The notes under the pieces are model-generated. The model had not been told where the DNA came from. It saw only the letters and a program-made list of their open reading frames with translations, and ran no database searches. A stretch of DNA of 64,000 bases, taken from assembly GCA_963827235.1 (NCBI GenBank), contig CAWHAE010000016.1, positions 736,001-800,000 on the forward strand, written 5' to 3'. Position 1 is the first letter of the stretch; every line of letters begins with the position of its first letter. Source of the DNA: an uncultured bacterium (GTDB taxonomy: Bacteria; Chloroflexota; UBA5177; JANWHV01). This document shows, one piece after another, positions 20,882-30,744 of this stretch. A program made the position numbers and the translations under genes.

Positions 20882-22495
20882 TCAGGCTCCCGTGCTTCCC
20901 CGCCCGCGCCGGCCGCGCATAGCGGTGCGAAATCGGTGCCAAAGAGTGCGGGCGCGATCCACCTGTGCGGACTCAACCGGCGCCAAGCCGTAGCGCGCTG
21001 CCACGAAAGTCTCGGCGAGGTCCCCTGCAGGTTCGCCTGCTTCGGGCACCTGCACTGCGAGCTCGCGTGCGTATTCGGCCGGCGTCTGCCCGGCTCGCCT
21101 CGTGAAACCGCGGCGACCGGCATGCCGGAGTGCCGTGAGATATACCGTGATCACGGCCTGGCGCGCCGACATGTCGTCGAGATTTGGTCCACGCCATCGC
21201 CGAACCGCGGCGCCGGCCTGCCGCGATCCCCGCGCGGCAAGCGCGCGAGACCGTGCCGCGATGCTGCCGCCGGAAGCGAGCAGCAGAACCCGCATCAAAT
21301 GAAAGCAGCGGCGCAGCGCGCCGAGCACTGAAAGCCAGAGCGACGGCAACGCTCGCCCTCTGGAGCTGGAGACGTAAATACGCGCCAGGGCGAGCAGCGC
21401 AGCAATGCAGAGCAGCAGCGGCCAATGTTCGGCCAGGATCATGATGAGGCGAGTAAAGGCTTGCCAGAGGTTGCCGAGAATATCCCAGATACCGGCCCTT
21501 GTTTGGGACACATGCGGCAATATGCGCGGTCGCACCAGCGCATGCACGCCGCCGGCGCCGCGCGCGCAGCTGCTCGAGGTGCACGTTTTCGGAGGCGGCA
21601 CCTTGAACCACGACCAGGGGAGCAGACGCAGCAGCGGCAGAATGAGCGACTCCCAGGCACCGGCTGCCAGAGCACGCGCAGCACTCATCAGCTGTACCGC
21701 CGTCGATAGCGCCGCCACGACGAGTGCCACAAGCACCAGGTCGGTGCCCATCCGGCTCCACTCCCCGGTGACACCGCTCGCGACGTCGAAACCGGCAAGC
21801 CGCCATTGCGACATCTTGCTTCTGTGCGCGGAGAGTCCAGCAATCCCAATCGCGCAGACGAGATAGGTGGCAAAGGCCGCCAACCCGAGCCAGATCTCCG
21901 GCTCCCGACCGGACCCCGCGGCGCTCTGCCCTACGAGCCCGACCGCCAGCGCCAGAGCGCCGGCGGCCAGCTCCAGCCTCAGCTGGGCAAGCAAGGCGTC
22001 GCGAGACGAGCTGCCGGCGCGAGATCTCCCGCCTTCTTCGCTTTCCCATACCTGGATGTCTAGCTGAGCCCAGGCCCGCGCACGAGCAGATCCGTGCGTC
22101 ACCGTGATCACGCAGAGAGCGGCGCCAACGAGCACGGCGAACCCGTAGCCCGGTGAGGCTGCGCCCGCGCCGCGCAATCGCGCTTCCGCCACCGGAAAGA
22201 CCACGCAGAGCAGCGCGGAAACGGCCGCCTGGGAGGTCAACACCGCGCGCCCGTAGAGCCGAGCCGCCAGCACGTCCATCCCTTCCCGTCTGAGTGTCGT
22301 CGGCACGGAAGTCGCAGCCAGAGCCAGCAGGCAAACAGCCGCCACGACCTGCTCGCCGGCAAGCCAATGGATGGGCAGAGCGCTCGATGCCGCCAGCAGG
22401 CCGATCGGCAAGCTGCAGGCTAACAGAACCAGGCACGTGGCGGCGGCCTCGTCTTCGCCGCGTCGCCAGGGCATGTCGAAGTGCAGTGTGTTCAT
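20882..22495 (-). CDS. Polytopic membrane protein with C-terminal DUF4129
   Basis: Multiple TM segments and C-terminal GFTRRAGQTPAEYA...LAETFVAARYG. 4-bp overlap with the upstream DUF58 gene. Confidence 0.8.
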   Translation of the reverse strand: MNTLHFDMPWRRGEDEAAATCLVLLACSLPIGLLAASSALPIHWLAGEQVVAAVCLLALAATSVPTTLRREGMDVLAARLYGRAVLTSQAAVSALLCVVFPVAEARLRGAGAASPGYGFAVLVGAALCVITVTHGSARARAWAQLDIQVWESEEGGRSRAGSSSRDALLAQLRLELAAGALALAVGLVGQSAAGSGREPEIWLGLAAFATYLVCAIGIAGLSAHRSKMSQWRLAGFDVASGVTGEWSRMGTDLVLVALVVAALSTAVQLMSAARALAAGAWESLILPLLRLLPWSWFKVPPPKTCTSSSCARGAGGVHALVRPRILPHVSQTRAGIWDILGNLWQAFTRLIMILAEHWPLLLCIAALLALARIYVSSSRGRALPSLWLSVLGALRRCFHLMRVLLLASGGSIAARSRALAARGSRQAGAAVRRWRGPNLDDMSARQAVITVYLTALRHAGRRGFTRRAGQTPAEYARELAVQVPEAGEPAGDLAETFVAARYGLAPVESAQVDRARTLWHRFRTAMRGRRGRGSTGA

Positions 22496-23757
22496 GCCGG
22501 TGCCGCCAGGTAGGAGGCATCAGCCCAGACACCTCTCACGTGCAGGCCGAGCGATCGTGCCCGCGCGACGAGTGCGGGGTCGACACCGCGCTGGCCGGCG
22601 ACCAGAATCACGACCAGGAGACCTGCCTCGTGAAACCTGCGCAGGACAACCAGCAGCTCGTCGTCGACGAAACCTGTGATCAGCACCAGTGTGGAGCCCC
22701 AGGGCAGAGACAAGTGCCGCGCGTGCAGGTCTCGCAGCACCGGCAGGTCCTCAGCGGCTTCCAGACGCGCCAGTGTCTCCAGAATGTGTGTGAGCCGGGC
22801 CTGGCCCTTGGCCGGCAACAACACGGGTGCCACCACGGAGGTGCCTTTCTCGAACCCGCTCGTCTCGGGTACAGGAGCGGCTCTCGACCGCTCGAACAGG
22901 CCGCTCCTACCGTCGTCCAGCCAGCCGGGCACAGGGGTCAGCCGGCCGTTCGTGGCAAGGCCGACCGCTTGCCGGGTATCGGTCAGCCTGCGGGCAACGG
23001 TGGCCGCAATGCTGATCGCCAGCTCCATGGAGACGAACGGGTTCGCGTCCGGGTAGCCTGAGCGGTCGAGATCAGCGTAAATCATGGTTTGCACGGTGGT
23101 CGCAGGATCGAACAGCTTGACCTGCAGCGTGCCGGTAGCCGCCGTCGCCCGCCAGTGAATCTCGTGCAGAGGATCGCCTGCCCGGTAGTCTCTGACTCCG
23201 GAGACCCGCGCCGGATCGCCGAGAATCGGGCGCCGGCTGCGAAGGTCGCCAAAAAGGGCCACCGCAGGCAGATCGAGCTCATGCAGCGCAAGCATACGCG
23301 GGTAGACGAGCACGAATTGCAGCCGTGGCAGCACGAGGTCCCGGCGGGCCACGCCAAACACATCGCCGAGCGACAGTGCCAGCGGACCGACACTGTAGAG
23401 ACCACGCTTCCGGCCAACCAGATCGTACGTGATCTCCTCCCTCCGGCCGGCAGCCACGGAAAGTACCCGCTGTGTCCGATCCGCTATGCGCAGACCGACA
23501 GGCATCGACTCGGCAACCTCGAGCCAGGGAATGGAGAATACGGAACCGTTCTGCACCACTATCCTGACGGTCGTCCTCTGGCCGAAGAACAGCCTGGGCT
23601 CAAGCGCGCGGGAGACCATCAGGTGACCGCCCGTGTCGCGCAGCCAGAACCTGGTCGCGACGACGACCACGAGAACGACGGCAAACGAAAAGAACAGCGG
23701 ACCACTCTTGAAGTACACTGCTGCTGCCAGCCAGCCCAGCATGCCGACCGTCTTCAT
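22492..23757 (-). CDS. DUF58-domain protein
   Basis: RGLYSVGPL...DVFG...LVYPR, GVRDYRAGDPLHEIHWRATA...LQVKLFD. Coupled to moxR. Confidence 0.9.
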   Translation of the reverse strand: MKTVGMLGWLAAAVYFKSGPLFFSFAVVLVVVVATRFWLRDTGGHLMVSRALEPRLFFGQRTTVRIVVQNGSVFSIPWLEVAESMPVGLRIADRTQRVLSVAAGRREEITYDLVGRKRGLYSVGPLALSLGDVFGVARRDLVLPRLQFVLVYPRMLALHELDLPAVALFGDLRSRRPILGDPARVSGVRDYRAGDPLHEIHWRATAATGTLQVKLFDPATTVQTMIYADLDRSGYPDANPFVSMELAISIAATVARRLTDTRQAVGLATNGRLTPVPGWLDDGRSGLFERSRAAPVPETSGFEKGTSVVAPVLLPAKGQARLTHILETLARLEAAEDLPVLRDLHARHLSLPWGSTLVLITGFVDDELLVVLRRFHEAGLLVVILVAGQRGVDPALVARARSLGLHVRGVWADASYLAAPA

Positions 23758-24782
23758 CCGCCTGGTTGCTTGCCTCCGGCGGCCGCCGTGGCCGCGACAT
23801 CGAGTGTCTCGCCCGGCGGCTCCTCGACCGGAACGGGAATGGACTCCACCAGGGAGCGCAGGATGCCGCTCGCGTTGCGCCCGCGGAGCTCGCTTTCCGG
23901 TCGCACGATCAGCCGGTGGGCGAGCGTGATCTCGCCCAGATCCTTGATGTCGTCAGGAATGACGAAGGCGCGGCCGCGCAAGCCTGCCAGGGCCTGGGCG
24001 CAACGGTACAGGGCAAGGCTCCCCCTGGTACTGGCACCTACCGCGAGATCGGGGTGGTTCCGGGTGCCGAGCACAATTCTGCCGATGTAGTCGAGCAGCG
24101 AGGCATCCACGTGGATGTCCCATACTGCCCGCTGCAGAGCCACTACCTCTTCCCGCGCCACCACCTGGCGGATCTGCCCGATGGGATGCTCGCGGGCCAG
24201 CTCCAGCATGATCTGTTTCTCCTCCTCGAGCGTGGGATGGCCCATGCGCAGTCGCATCAGAAAGCGGTCCATCTGGGCTTCAGGCAGCGGAAACGTGCCT
24301 TCAAACTCGATGGGATTCTGCGTGGCGATCACCATGAACGGGCTGGGCAGCACGCGCGTGACGCCATCGCTGGACACCTGGTGCTCGCCCATGGCTTCGA
24401 GCAACGCGGATTGTGTGCGCGGCGTGGCACGGTTCACCTCGTCGGCAAGCAGGATGTTGACGAACGCCGGGCCCTCGCGAAACTCGAAATCACCCAGCTT
24501 CTGATTGTAGACCGACACTCCGGTCACGTCGTTGGGCAGCAGATCGGGCGTGCATTGCAGCCTCTTGAATGCGCAGCCGATAGAGCTGCTGATCGCGCGC
24601 GCAAGCATCGTCTTGCCGGTGCCGGGGACATCCTCCAGCAGGACGTGACCATCGCACAGCAGTGCTACGATCATCATGAGCACCGTCTGCTCCTTGCCCA
24701 CGATGACCCGGCCGACGTTCGACCCGACGCGCGATCCAAAAGCGGCTATTGCCGCGGCACTTTCGCTCGTGACTTCCACCAC
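23754..24782 (-). CDS. moxR: MoxR-family AAA+ ATPase
   Basis: HVLLEDVPGTGKT, QCTPDLLPNDVTG, LADEVNRATPRTQSALLEAM, ATQNPIEFEGTFPLPEAQMDRF. Confidence 0.95.
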   Translation of the reverse strand: MVEVTSESAAAIAAFGSRVGSNVGRVIVGKEQTVLMMIVALLCDGHVLLEDVPGTGKTMLARAISSSIGCAFKRLQCTPDLLPNDVTGVSVYNQKLGDFEFREGPAFVNILLADEVNRATPRTQSALLEAMGEHQVSSDGVTRVLPSPFMVIATQNPIEFEGTFPLPEAQMDRFLMRLRMGHPTLEEEKQIMLELAREHPIGQIRQVVAREEVVALQRAVWDIHVDASLLDYIGRIVLGTRNHPDLAVGASTRGSLALYRCAQALAGLRGRAFVIPDDIKDLGEITLAHRLIVRPESELRGRNASGILRSLVESIPVPVEEPPGETLDVAATAAAGGKQPGG

Positions 24783-24967
24783 TCAGACCTCTATCCTCGC
24801 CTGTAGTCCTGCTCAATACCATAGCGCGTTCCGCCCGGTCCTGGATGATCCGGTGCCGCTTCGACCTCCGGATCTCCCCGGCACCGGCTGCCGGACGCCA
24901 ATCGACGCTCTCCCCCGAGGGCGCGGCCGCTCTGCCGCCTACAAGCTCGGGCACGGAGATGGTTTCC

Positions 24968-26200
24968 TCAGGACTCGGCCCGCAGAGTGGTCAAGCGGCG
25001 CATCTCCGGCCAGTGCCAGGCTACCCAGAGCACTACCAGCACGGTGCCGACCCCGCCGGCGACCACGGCGATCACCGGACCAAATAGCTGCGCCACCAGC
25101 CCGGACTCAAATCCGCCGAGCTGGTTGGACGTCCCGATGAACAGCGAGTTGACTGCACCGACGCGGCCACGCATCTCGTCGGGCGTTCGTACCAGCACGA
25201 GCGTGCTGCGAATGACCACGCTGACGTTGTCGAAGGCGCCAAGCAGCATCAGCATCAGCAGAGAGAGCGCGAACCAGTGCGACAGGCCGAACACGATCGT
25301 CGCTAGCCCGAAAGCGGCCACCGCCAGCAGCAAGGTTCTTCCGGCCCGCTGAAGGCGAGGGCCGTGTGCCATGAACAGGGCCATGCACACGGCGCCGATC
25401 GAGGACGCAGCCTGGAGCCAGCCCAGGCCAAAAGGACCGACATGGAGAATGTCTCTTGCGAAGATCGGCAGGAGCGTCGTCGCGCCGCCAAGCAGCACGG
25501 CAAAGAGGTCAAGCGTGATGGCCGCCAGCATCTCTGGAGTTCTCCTCAGAAACATCACGCCTTCCAGCAGAGTGTGCAGCGTATTACCCCGGGCCGCGTG
25601 TCGCTCCTGGGGAGCAACCCGGGCGCCCGAGAGGAGCAGGATGAAGACTAGGCTTGCAAGCGCGCTCAGCACAAAGATCCAGGCGGCCCGGCCGAACAGG
25701 CCGACCAGGAAGCCGCCGGCGGCCGGGCCCAGGACAGCAGAGAGCTGAAACGAGCTGCTGCGCCAGGTCATGGCGCTCTCGAAAGCCTCGGCGGGAATGA
25801 GCTGCGCCACGATAGCCGAGGTTGCCGGACCACCAAACGCTTGCGTCGCGCCGAGGAGTGCGAGGCAGGCATAGATCAGAGCAAGCGATCCCTGCGTGGC
25901 GGACAGCGCGGCGAGTCCCAATGAGCAGGCGGCCGTGCCCATCTGAGCAAGCACCACCACCTGCTTACGGCTGTGATGGTCCACCACCTGGCCCGCAGGC
26001 AGCGAGAGCAGGATCACGGGGATAACCTGCGCCAACCCCACGCCACCGAGCACGAGGGCGGACCCGGTACGGTTGTAGAGCTCCCAGCCAAATGCCACGG
26101 CCGCCATCTGCTGGCCGAACGAGGAGAGCAGCAGGCCCCCTTGGAACAGGCGGAAGCTGGCGAAGCGGAGCGCCAGGTAGGGATCGTGCGCGTCAGGCAT
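24968..26200 (-). CDS. MFS transporter (MFS_3 / DHA3-like)
   Basis: About 12 TM segments, AITLDLFAVLLGGATTLLPIFARDIL, TPDEMRGRVGAVNSLFIGTSNQLGGFESG. Confidence 0.9.
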   Translation of the reverse strand: MPDAHDPYLALRFASFRLFQGGLLLSSFGQQMAAVAFGWELYNRTGSALVLGGVGLAQVIPVILLSLPAGQVVDHHSRKQVVVLAQMGTAACSLGLAALSATQGSLALIYACLALLGATQAFGGPATSAIVAQLIPAEAFESAMTWRSSSFQLSAVLGPAAGGFLVGLFGRAAWIFVLSALASLVFILLLSGARVAPQERHAARGNTLHTLLEGVMFLRRTPEMLAAITLDLFAVLLGGATTLLPIFARDILHVGPFGLGWLQAASSIGAVCMALFMAHGPRLQRAGRTLLLAVAAFGLATIVFGLSHWFALSLLMLMLLGAFDNVSVVIRSTLVLVRTPDEMRGRVGAVNSLFIGTSNQLGGFESGLVAQLFGPVIAVVAGGVGTVLVVLWVAWHWPEMRRLTTLRAES

Positions 26201-26824
26201 GACAACCCCACATGACCGTTGAGGTTGTCAGCACCACTAAAGTCTCACGGCCGGGAACGGCAGCCTAACGGACTTCTGCTGGCCACGCCCGAACCGGGGC
26301 CGCGCCAGCCGGGACACTGTCCACTATACTTGCCATGCTTCCGGACGGTCAAAAGCCCAGCTCAGCGCCTGCTGCCGAAGCACTCAAGCAGGCCGATGCG
26401 CGTGTCGTGCCGGCGAGCCTATTGGGCATCCAGCCGCCGTGGTCGGCGCCGAAGAGCCACCGGTCCGGCAGGGCGATCCAGCGGCGGACACGCACCGCGA
26501 GCGACCGGCCGCTGTGCCTTGAAACCGCCCTTTGGGGCAGGGGCCCAAATGGGGTACTCTTGGACATGAGCCGGCCCTACTGCTGAGCTTCCAATGGCGG
26601 ACGTGGCATCTGGAAGGCGCCATGCCGGGGTCACCTCGCACCTGGGCGTCTGGCGGGTTTGCGCGCCTAGGCCGGGCACGTGATGGAAGCCCTGCACGCC
26701 GAGCAGCACACCCAGACAGGTAGTGAACTGGAGCAGCGTGAAGCGATGAGATAGAGCGCGACACCGCGCATGTGCCATCCCAGCAGGGAGATTCAGAGCA
26801 GCGAGGTCCGGAGGAAGAGCAGCG

Positions 26825-27940
26825 ATGAGATGTGAGTACTGCACGAAGGACGTTCCAGACGGCCTGTTCTGCACCTGGTGCGGACGCAAACAGGTGGAGG
26901 ACACGTCGCGGTATGCGCACTATGCGGCACACCCTGGAGAACACGTCTTTCACCCCGGCGTGTTGACGACACTGTTTCCTCATCTGGCACATCACAAGAT
27001 CAACGAGTTTCGTTGGGCGCTCATCGCAGGCGTCGCGTGCGTGCTCCTGCTCGACCTGGCCGGGCTTGTTGCCGCCGCGCTGCTGTGCGCTGCCTTTCTC
27101 GTACCGATCATCTACCTCATCTACCTCTACGAGGCGCAAGTCTACCGCGATGAGCCTGCTACCGTGCTGGGCTTCACGATTGGCGGCGGTGTCGTGCTCG
27201 GCATCGTGGTCACGCTCGTGGTCAAAGCCACGACCGGGCAGGTGGCCTTGCGGACGATTTACGGCGACGACACTGCCGACCTGCTGACGCTCTGCCTGTT
27301 GGTTCCGCTCGTGCAGGAGGTGCTCAAGCCATTGCCGGCCCTGGCGATCAAGGCACTGGGCGGCTTTCCCGAACGCGTCGACGGGCTCGTCTTCGGCGTC
27401 GCGGCCGGTCTCGGCTTCGCCATCGCAGAGTCCGTAATCAGGTTCTCGACCGTGCTGAGCGACATGCCCTTGCATTCCGAGCCGGGCAACTGGACCTACA
27501 CACTGATTACCGTGGCGATCCTGCTACCCATCCTGCATGGCAGCGCGACGGGCGCCATCGCGGGTGCCTTGTGGCGTGTGAAAGGAGGCGCGCTCGGCTT
27601 GCGGACCTGGGGCATCCTTGCTCTGGCCGCCGCCGCCCACGTGGGCTTCGTGCTCGGCAGCCAGATGCTCAACGATCGAAAGTTCTCGCAGCTCATGATT
27701 CTAGCATGGCAGACTCTCATCGTGGGAGCGCTCCTGATGGTGATCAGGTACATGTTGCACGAATCGCTGCTGGAGGAAAGCGTCGATATGGGCTTCGAGC
27801 AGAGAGTGTGCCCGAACTGTCACCATCACATCTTCGCCGCGCGCTTCTGTCCTCGATGCGGTAAGGCCATGGCGGCGGCGCGGCGCGCCAACGTACAGGC
27901 GCAGGCAGCCGTGCCGGCAAGCGACATGGAGGTGCTGTAG
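26825..27940 (+). CDS. PrsW-family intramembrane protease-like protein with N- and C-terminal zinc ribbons (motif 1 QE instead of EE)
   Basis: CEYC..CTWC at the N-terminus and CPNC..CPRC at the C-terminus. Motifs QEVLK, DGLVFGVAAGLGFAIAE, LHG, AHVGF. Confidence 0.85.
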   Translation: MRCEYCTKDVPDGLFCTWCGRKQVEDTSRYAHYAAHPGEHVFHPGVLTTLFPHLAHHKINEFRWALIAGVACVLLLDLAGLVAAALLCAAFLVPIIYLIYLYEAQVYRDEPATVLGFTIGGGVVLGIVVTLVVKATTGQVALRTIYGDDTADLLTLCLLVPLVQEVLKPLPALAIKALGGFPERVDGLVFGVAAGLGFAIAESVIRFSTVLSDMPLHSEPGNWTYTLITVAILLPILHGSATGAIAGALWRVKGGALGLRTWGILALAAAAHVGFVLGSQMLNDRKFSQLMILAWQTLIVGALLMVIRYMLHESLLEESVDMGFEQRVCPNCHHHIFAARFCPRCGKAMAAARRANVQAQAAVPASDMEVL

Positions 27941-28996
27941 ATGATCGGCACGTGTCCGCGCTGCGGCGCACCCAACCAGCATGGCGTGTTCTGTCAACAG
28001 TGCGGCGCCTCGCTTGCCGCGACCGGCTCACCGGCTCCCGGTGCAGGCGTTCCTGACGGCACCCCTCTCGCCGGCCAGGCAGTTCCGCCCGGCTACCAGC
28101 CTCCGGCGTACGGCGCCACGGCTTCTGGGGCCGTGCAGAGGTATTCGGGCGCCCAACCAGCGCACCGCTTACCGCTCGCATCGATTCTGGGTGTGACGAT
28201 CGGCCTGCTCGGGGTGATCGCCGCCGTCGCCATCGTGTTCGGGCATCATGGGAGCAACGCCCAGCCTCCGTACACGCCTCTCTCCACGGTCGCTCCCACG
28301 GCTACAGCTGTCCCGTCCAGTGCCGCGGTTGTCCAGGCGACCAGCACCGTTACCGCTCAACCCACGAGCGCCACGCAGCCCACCCAGGCAGGGGTCGTGC
28401 CGACCCAGTCGGGCACCATGCCGACGTCGGCCGCAGCGGCGACCGCTACACCGTTCGTCCAGGCGACCCAGGCTGGCGTCATACCGACGCAGGCGGGAGT
28501 GGTGCCGACGCAGGCGAGCCAGGGATCTACCCAAACTCTGACCACCACCACGTTCACGCTGCAGGTACCCACCAGCTGGCAGACCGTCAACCAGAAGACC
28601 GGGCAGACTCAGAACGAGGTCGTGCTCGAGGATCCCAGCACTTCGCCCGATGCGGTGGACATCTACGCCGGGCAAGCCGCGACGACCACCACCGCGCAGA
28701 CTGCTCTGCAAGAGGTGCTCTCAAACCTTCAGCAGCAGTACGCCGACGCCAAGGTCTGCGGTAACTCGCAGCAATCGAGCATCGGCGGTGTAGTCGGCAC
28801 GGTCGTGCCGATTTGCTTCACCTTCACGCCGCAAGGCGGATCGGCCCTCAGTGCGGTCGACGTTGCCTGGGCAGGCACCGACCAGAGCGGAAGTTACGTC
28901 TATCTGGTGGGTATGATGGCGGGGGAGTCCAACCAGACATTCTTCACCAACGCTTCGGCAGTGCTGCAGACGTTGCAATGGGGTGGAGGCCAGTAA
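27941..28996 (+). CDS. Zinc-ribbon single-pass membrane protein with Thr/Gln/Pro stalk and extracytoplasmic domain
   Basis: CPRC..CQQC, one TM helix, TQAGV[VI]P repeats, C-terminal domain starting FTLQVPTSW (PsbP/DcrB-like start). ATG abuts the upstream TAG. Confidence 0.82.
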   Translation: MIGTCPRCGAPNQHGVFCQQCGASLAATGSPAPGAGVPDGTPLAGQAVPPGYQPPAYGATASGAVQRYSGAQPAHRLPLASILGVTIGLLGVIAAVAIVFGHHGSNAQPPYTPLSTVAPTATAVPSSAAVVQATSTVTAQPTSATQPTQAGVVPTQSGTMPTSAAAATATPFVQATQAGVIPTQAGVVPTQASQGSTQTLTTTTFTLQVPTSWQTVNQKTGQTQNEVVLEDPSTSPDAVDIYAGQAATTTTAQTALQEVLSNLQQQYADAKVCGNSQQSSIGGVVGTVVPICFTFTPQGGSALSAVDVAWAGTDQSGSYVYLVGMMAGESNQTFFTNASAVLQTLQWGGGQ

Positions 28997-30744
28997 TGCC
29001 CGGACTAACCTTCGGAGCACGTGGTGCCGGTGGGATACTCGTGCTCGCGCTTCTCCTTGGCCAGTTGCCGGTCCACGGCGGTCGGGCAGCAGTCTCCCAT
29101 CCGCCAAGCTCGTCCGACCCAGGTACCTTCATGATTGTCCAGTCGGCAGACCTGGGCCCGGTTGCACCCGGCACGCCGATCGAGATCTTGCTGATCGTGA
29201 GGAACCCCGCGCGTGCCAAGCAGGCAGCGGATATCGCGGCCATGTACTCACCCAGATCTCGCAGCTTCGGGCACATGCTCACCGCCAAGCAGGTCGCTGA
29301 GCGTTACGGTCCATCGCCGCGGATGGTGGGGCAGCTGATCGCCATCCTGCGCAGGCTGGGCTTGTCGGCGAGCTGGCAGGCGGGAAACGACTGGATCATG
29401 GCCACGGGACCTGCCAGCCGCATGGAGAGCGCGTTCCACGTGCGAGTAGCGTGGTATAGGTCGCCGCACGGAACACGCTATTATGCCGGCGACCGCGATC
29501 CGGTGCTACCCAGCGCACTGACGTCGTTCGTGCAGGAAGCAGGCCGCATTTCGAGCTATTTCGAGCCCTCCACGTATGCCGTGCCGTCGGGCGGTCTCGC
29601 CCCCAGTGACCTGCTGGGCGCCTACGACATCGCGCCGCTGCGCAAGCTGGGCCTGGACGGCAGCGGCGAGACGGTGGTGTTCTTCGAGTCGGACGGCTAC
29701 TCCGCACAGGACATGAGTACCTTTACGACCAAGTTCAACCTGCCCGCGATTCAGCCCGTGATCAAGGCAGGACCGACTTTCGACCCTGGTGGTGAGACGG
29801 AAATGGACCTGGAGGTCGTGCACGAGATTGCCCCGGCGGCCAAGCTGGTCCTCTACAACATGGACGTCAAAGCGGCTGCGCAGAGCGCCAAGTCGACCGC
29901 GGATGTGCTCAATGCATTGCTCACCATGCAGACCCAGATGGTGAACGAGAATCCCGGAGCCATCCTCAGCCAGAGTTGGGGAACCTGCGAGAAGCCCTTC
30001 GGCCAGGCGCTGGCCGATGCCTTCGCCAAGCTGTACGACACCGCCGATTCGCTGCACGAGACCAGCTTCGTCTCCACCGGCGACAACGCCGCCTACGAGT
30101 GCCTTCGCATTTCGAATCGCGGCACTGCGCCCTCGGCCGACGTGCTCAGCATACCTATCCCGGCCTCCCTGCCCGGCACCACCGCAGTGGGCGGGACGCG
30201 GCTCAGCGTCAGCAGCAATCAGGGCTGGTACGACGAGACGGTCTGGGAGGATCCAGTCGAGACAAACGGGACGGGAGGCGGCGTTTCGCTGTACTTCTCG
30301 CGGCCGTCCTGGCAGCAAGGACCAGGCGTGTCGGATCCGCAGCTCAACCCTCACAACATGCGGTCGGTCCCGGATGTCTCGGCGGATGCCGATCCGATGA
30401 GCGGCGTGGCTATCTACTCGACCGACGGCAAGGGAGGGGGAGCCTGGTCCACCGGAGGCGGCACGAGCCAGTCGGCGCCTATTTGGGCGGGAATCGCGGC
30501 TCTTCTTAACCAGTATCTGAAGCAGAAGAGCCTGCCGCCGCTGGGATTCCTCAATCCTGCCCTCTACAAGATCGCGGCGAGCCCGAGCTCCTACCCTGAG
30601 ATAGCCTTTCACGACGTGACGCAAGGCAACAACCTCTATTACCCGGCGACCACGGGCTACGACATGGCAACCGGCCTTGGCACGCCTGACGCCTGGAACC
30701 TCGCTCAGGACCTGGTGGTCTATGACCAAGGAGGTGGGCAGTGA
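28996..30744 (+). CDS. Secreted S53 (sedolisin/kumamolisin) serine protease with prodomain
   Basis: Signal peptide, prodomain, ETEMD (ExxxD), STGD, RSVPDVSADAD, GGTSQSAP, YDMATGLGTP. TAATG coupling gives start 28996. Confidence 0.93.
   Translation: MPGLTFGARGAGGILVLALLLGQLPVHGGRAAVSHPPSSSDPGTFMIVQSADLGPVAPGTPIEILLIVRNPARAKQAADIAAMYSPRSRSFGHMLTAKQVAERYGPSPRMVGQLIAILRRLGLSASWQAGNDWIMATGPASRMESAFHVRVAWYRSPHGTRYYAGDRDPVLPSALTSFVQEAGRISSYFEPSTYAVPSGGLAPSDLLGAYDIAPLRKLGLDGSGETVVFFESDGYSAQDMSTFTTKFNLPAIQPVIKAGPTFDPGGETEMDLEVVHEIAPAAKLVLYNMDVKAAAQSAKSTADVLNALLTMQTQMVNENPGAILSQSWGTCEKPFGQALADAFAKLYDTADSLHETSFVSTGDNAAYECLRISNRGTAPSADVLSIPIPASLPGTTAVGGTRLSVSSNQGWYDETVWEDPVETNGTGGGVSLYFSRPSWQQGPGVSDPQLNPHNMRSVPDVSADADPMSGVAIYSTDGKGGGAWSTGGGTSQSAPIWAGIAALLNQYLKQKSLPPLGFLNPALYKIAASPSSYPEIAFHDVTQGNNLYYPATTGYDMATGLGTPDAWNLAQDLVVYDQGGGQ

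Noticed and set aside
28975-30744. Two adjacent proteins both ending in GGGQ as a possible sorting signal
   Set aside because: Explained by the GGAGG Shine-Dalgarno of the next coupled gene being embedded in the last codons.
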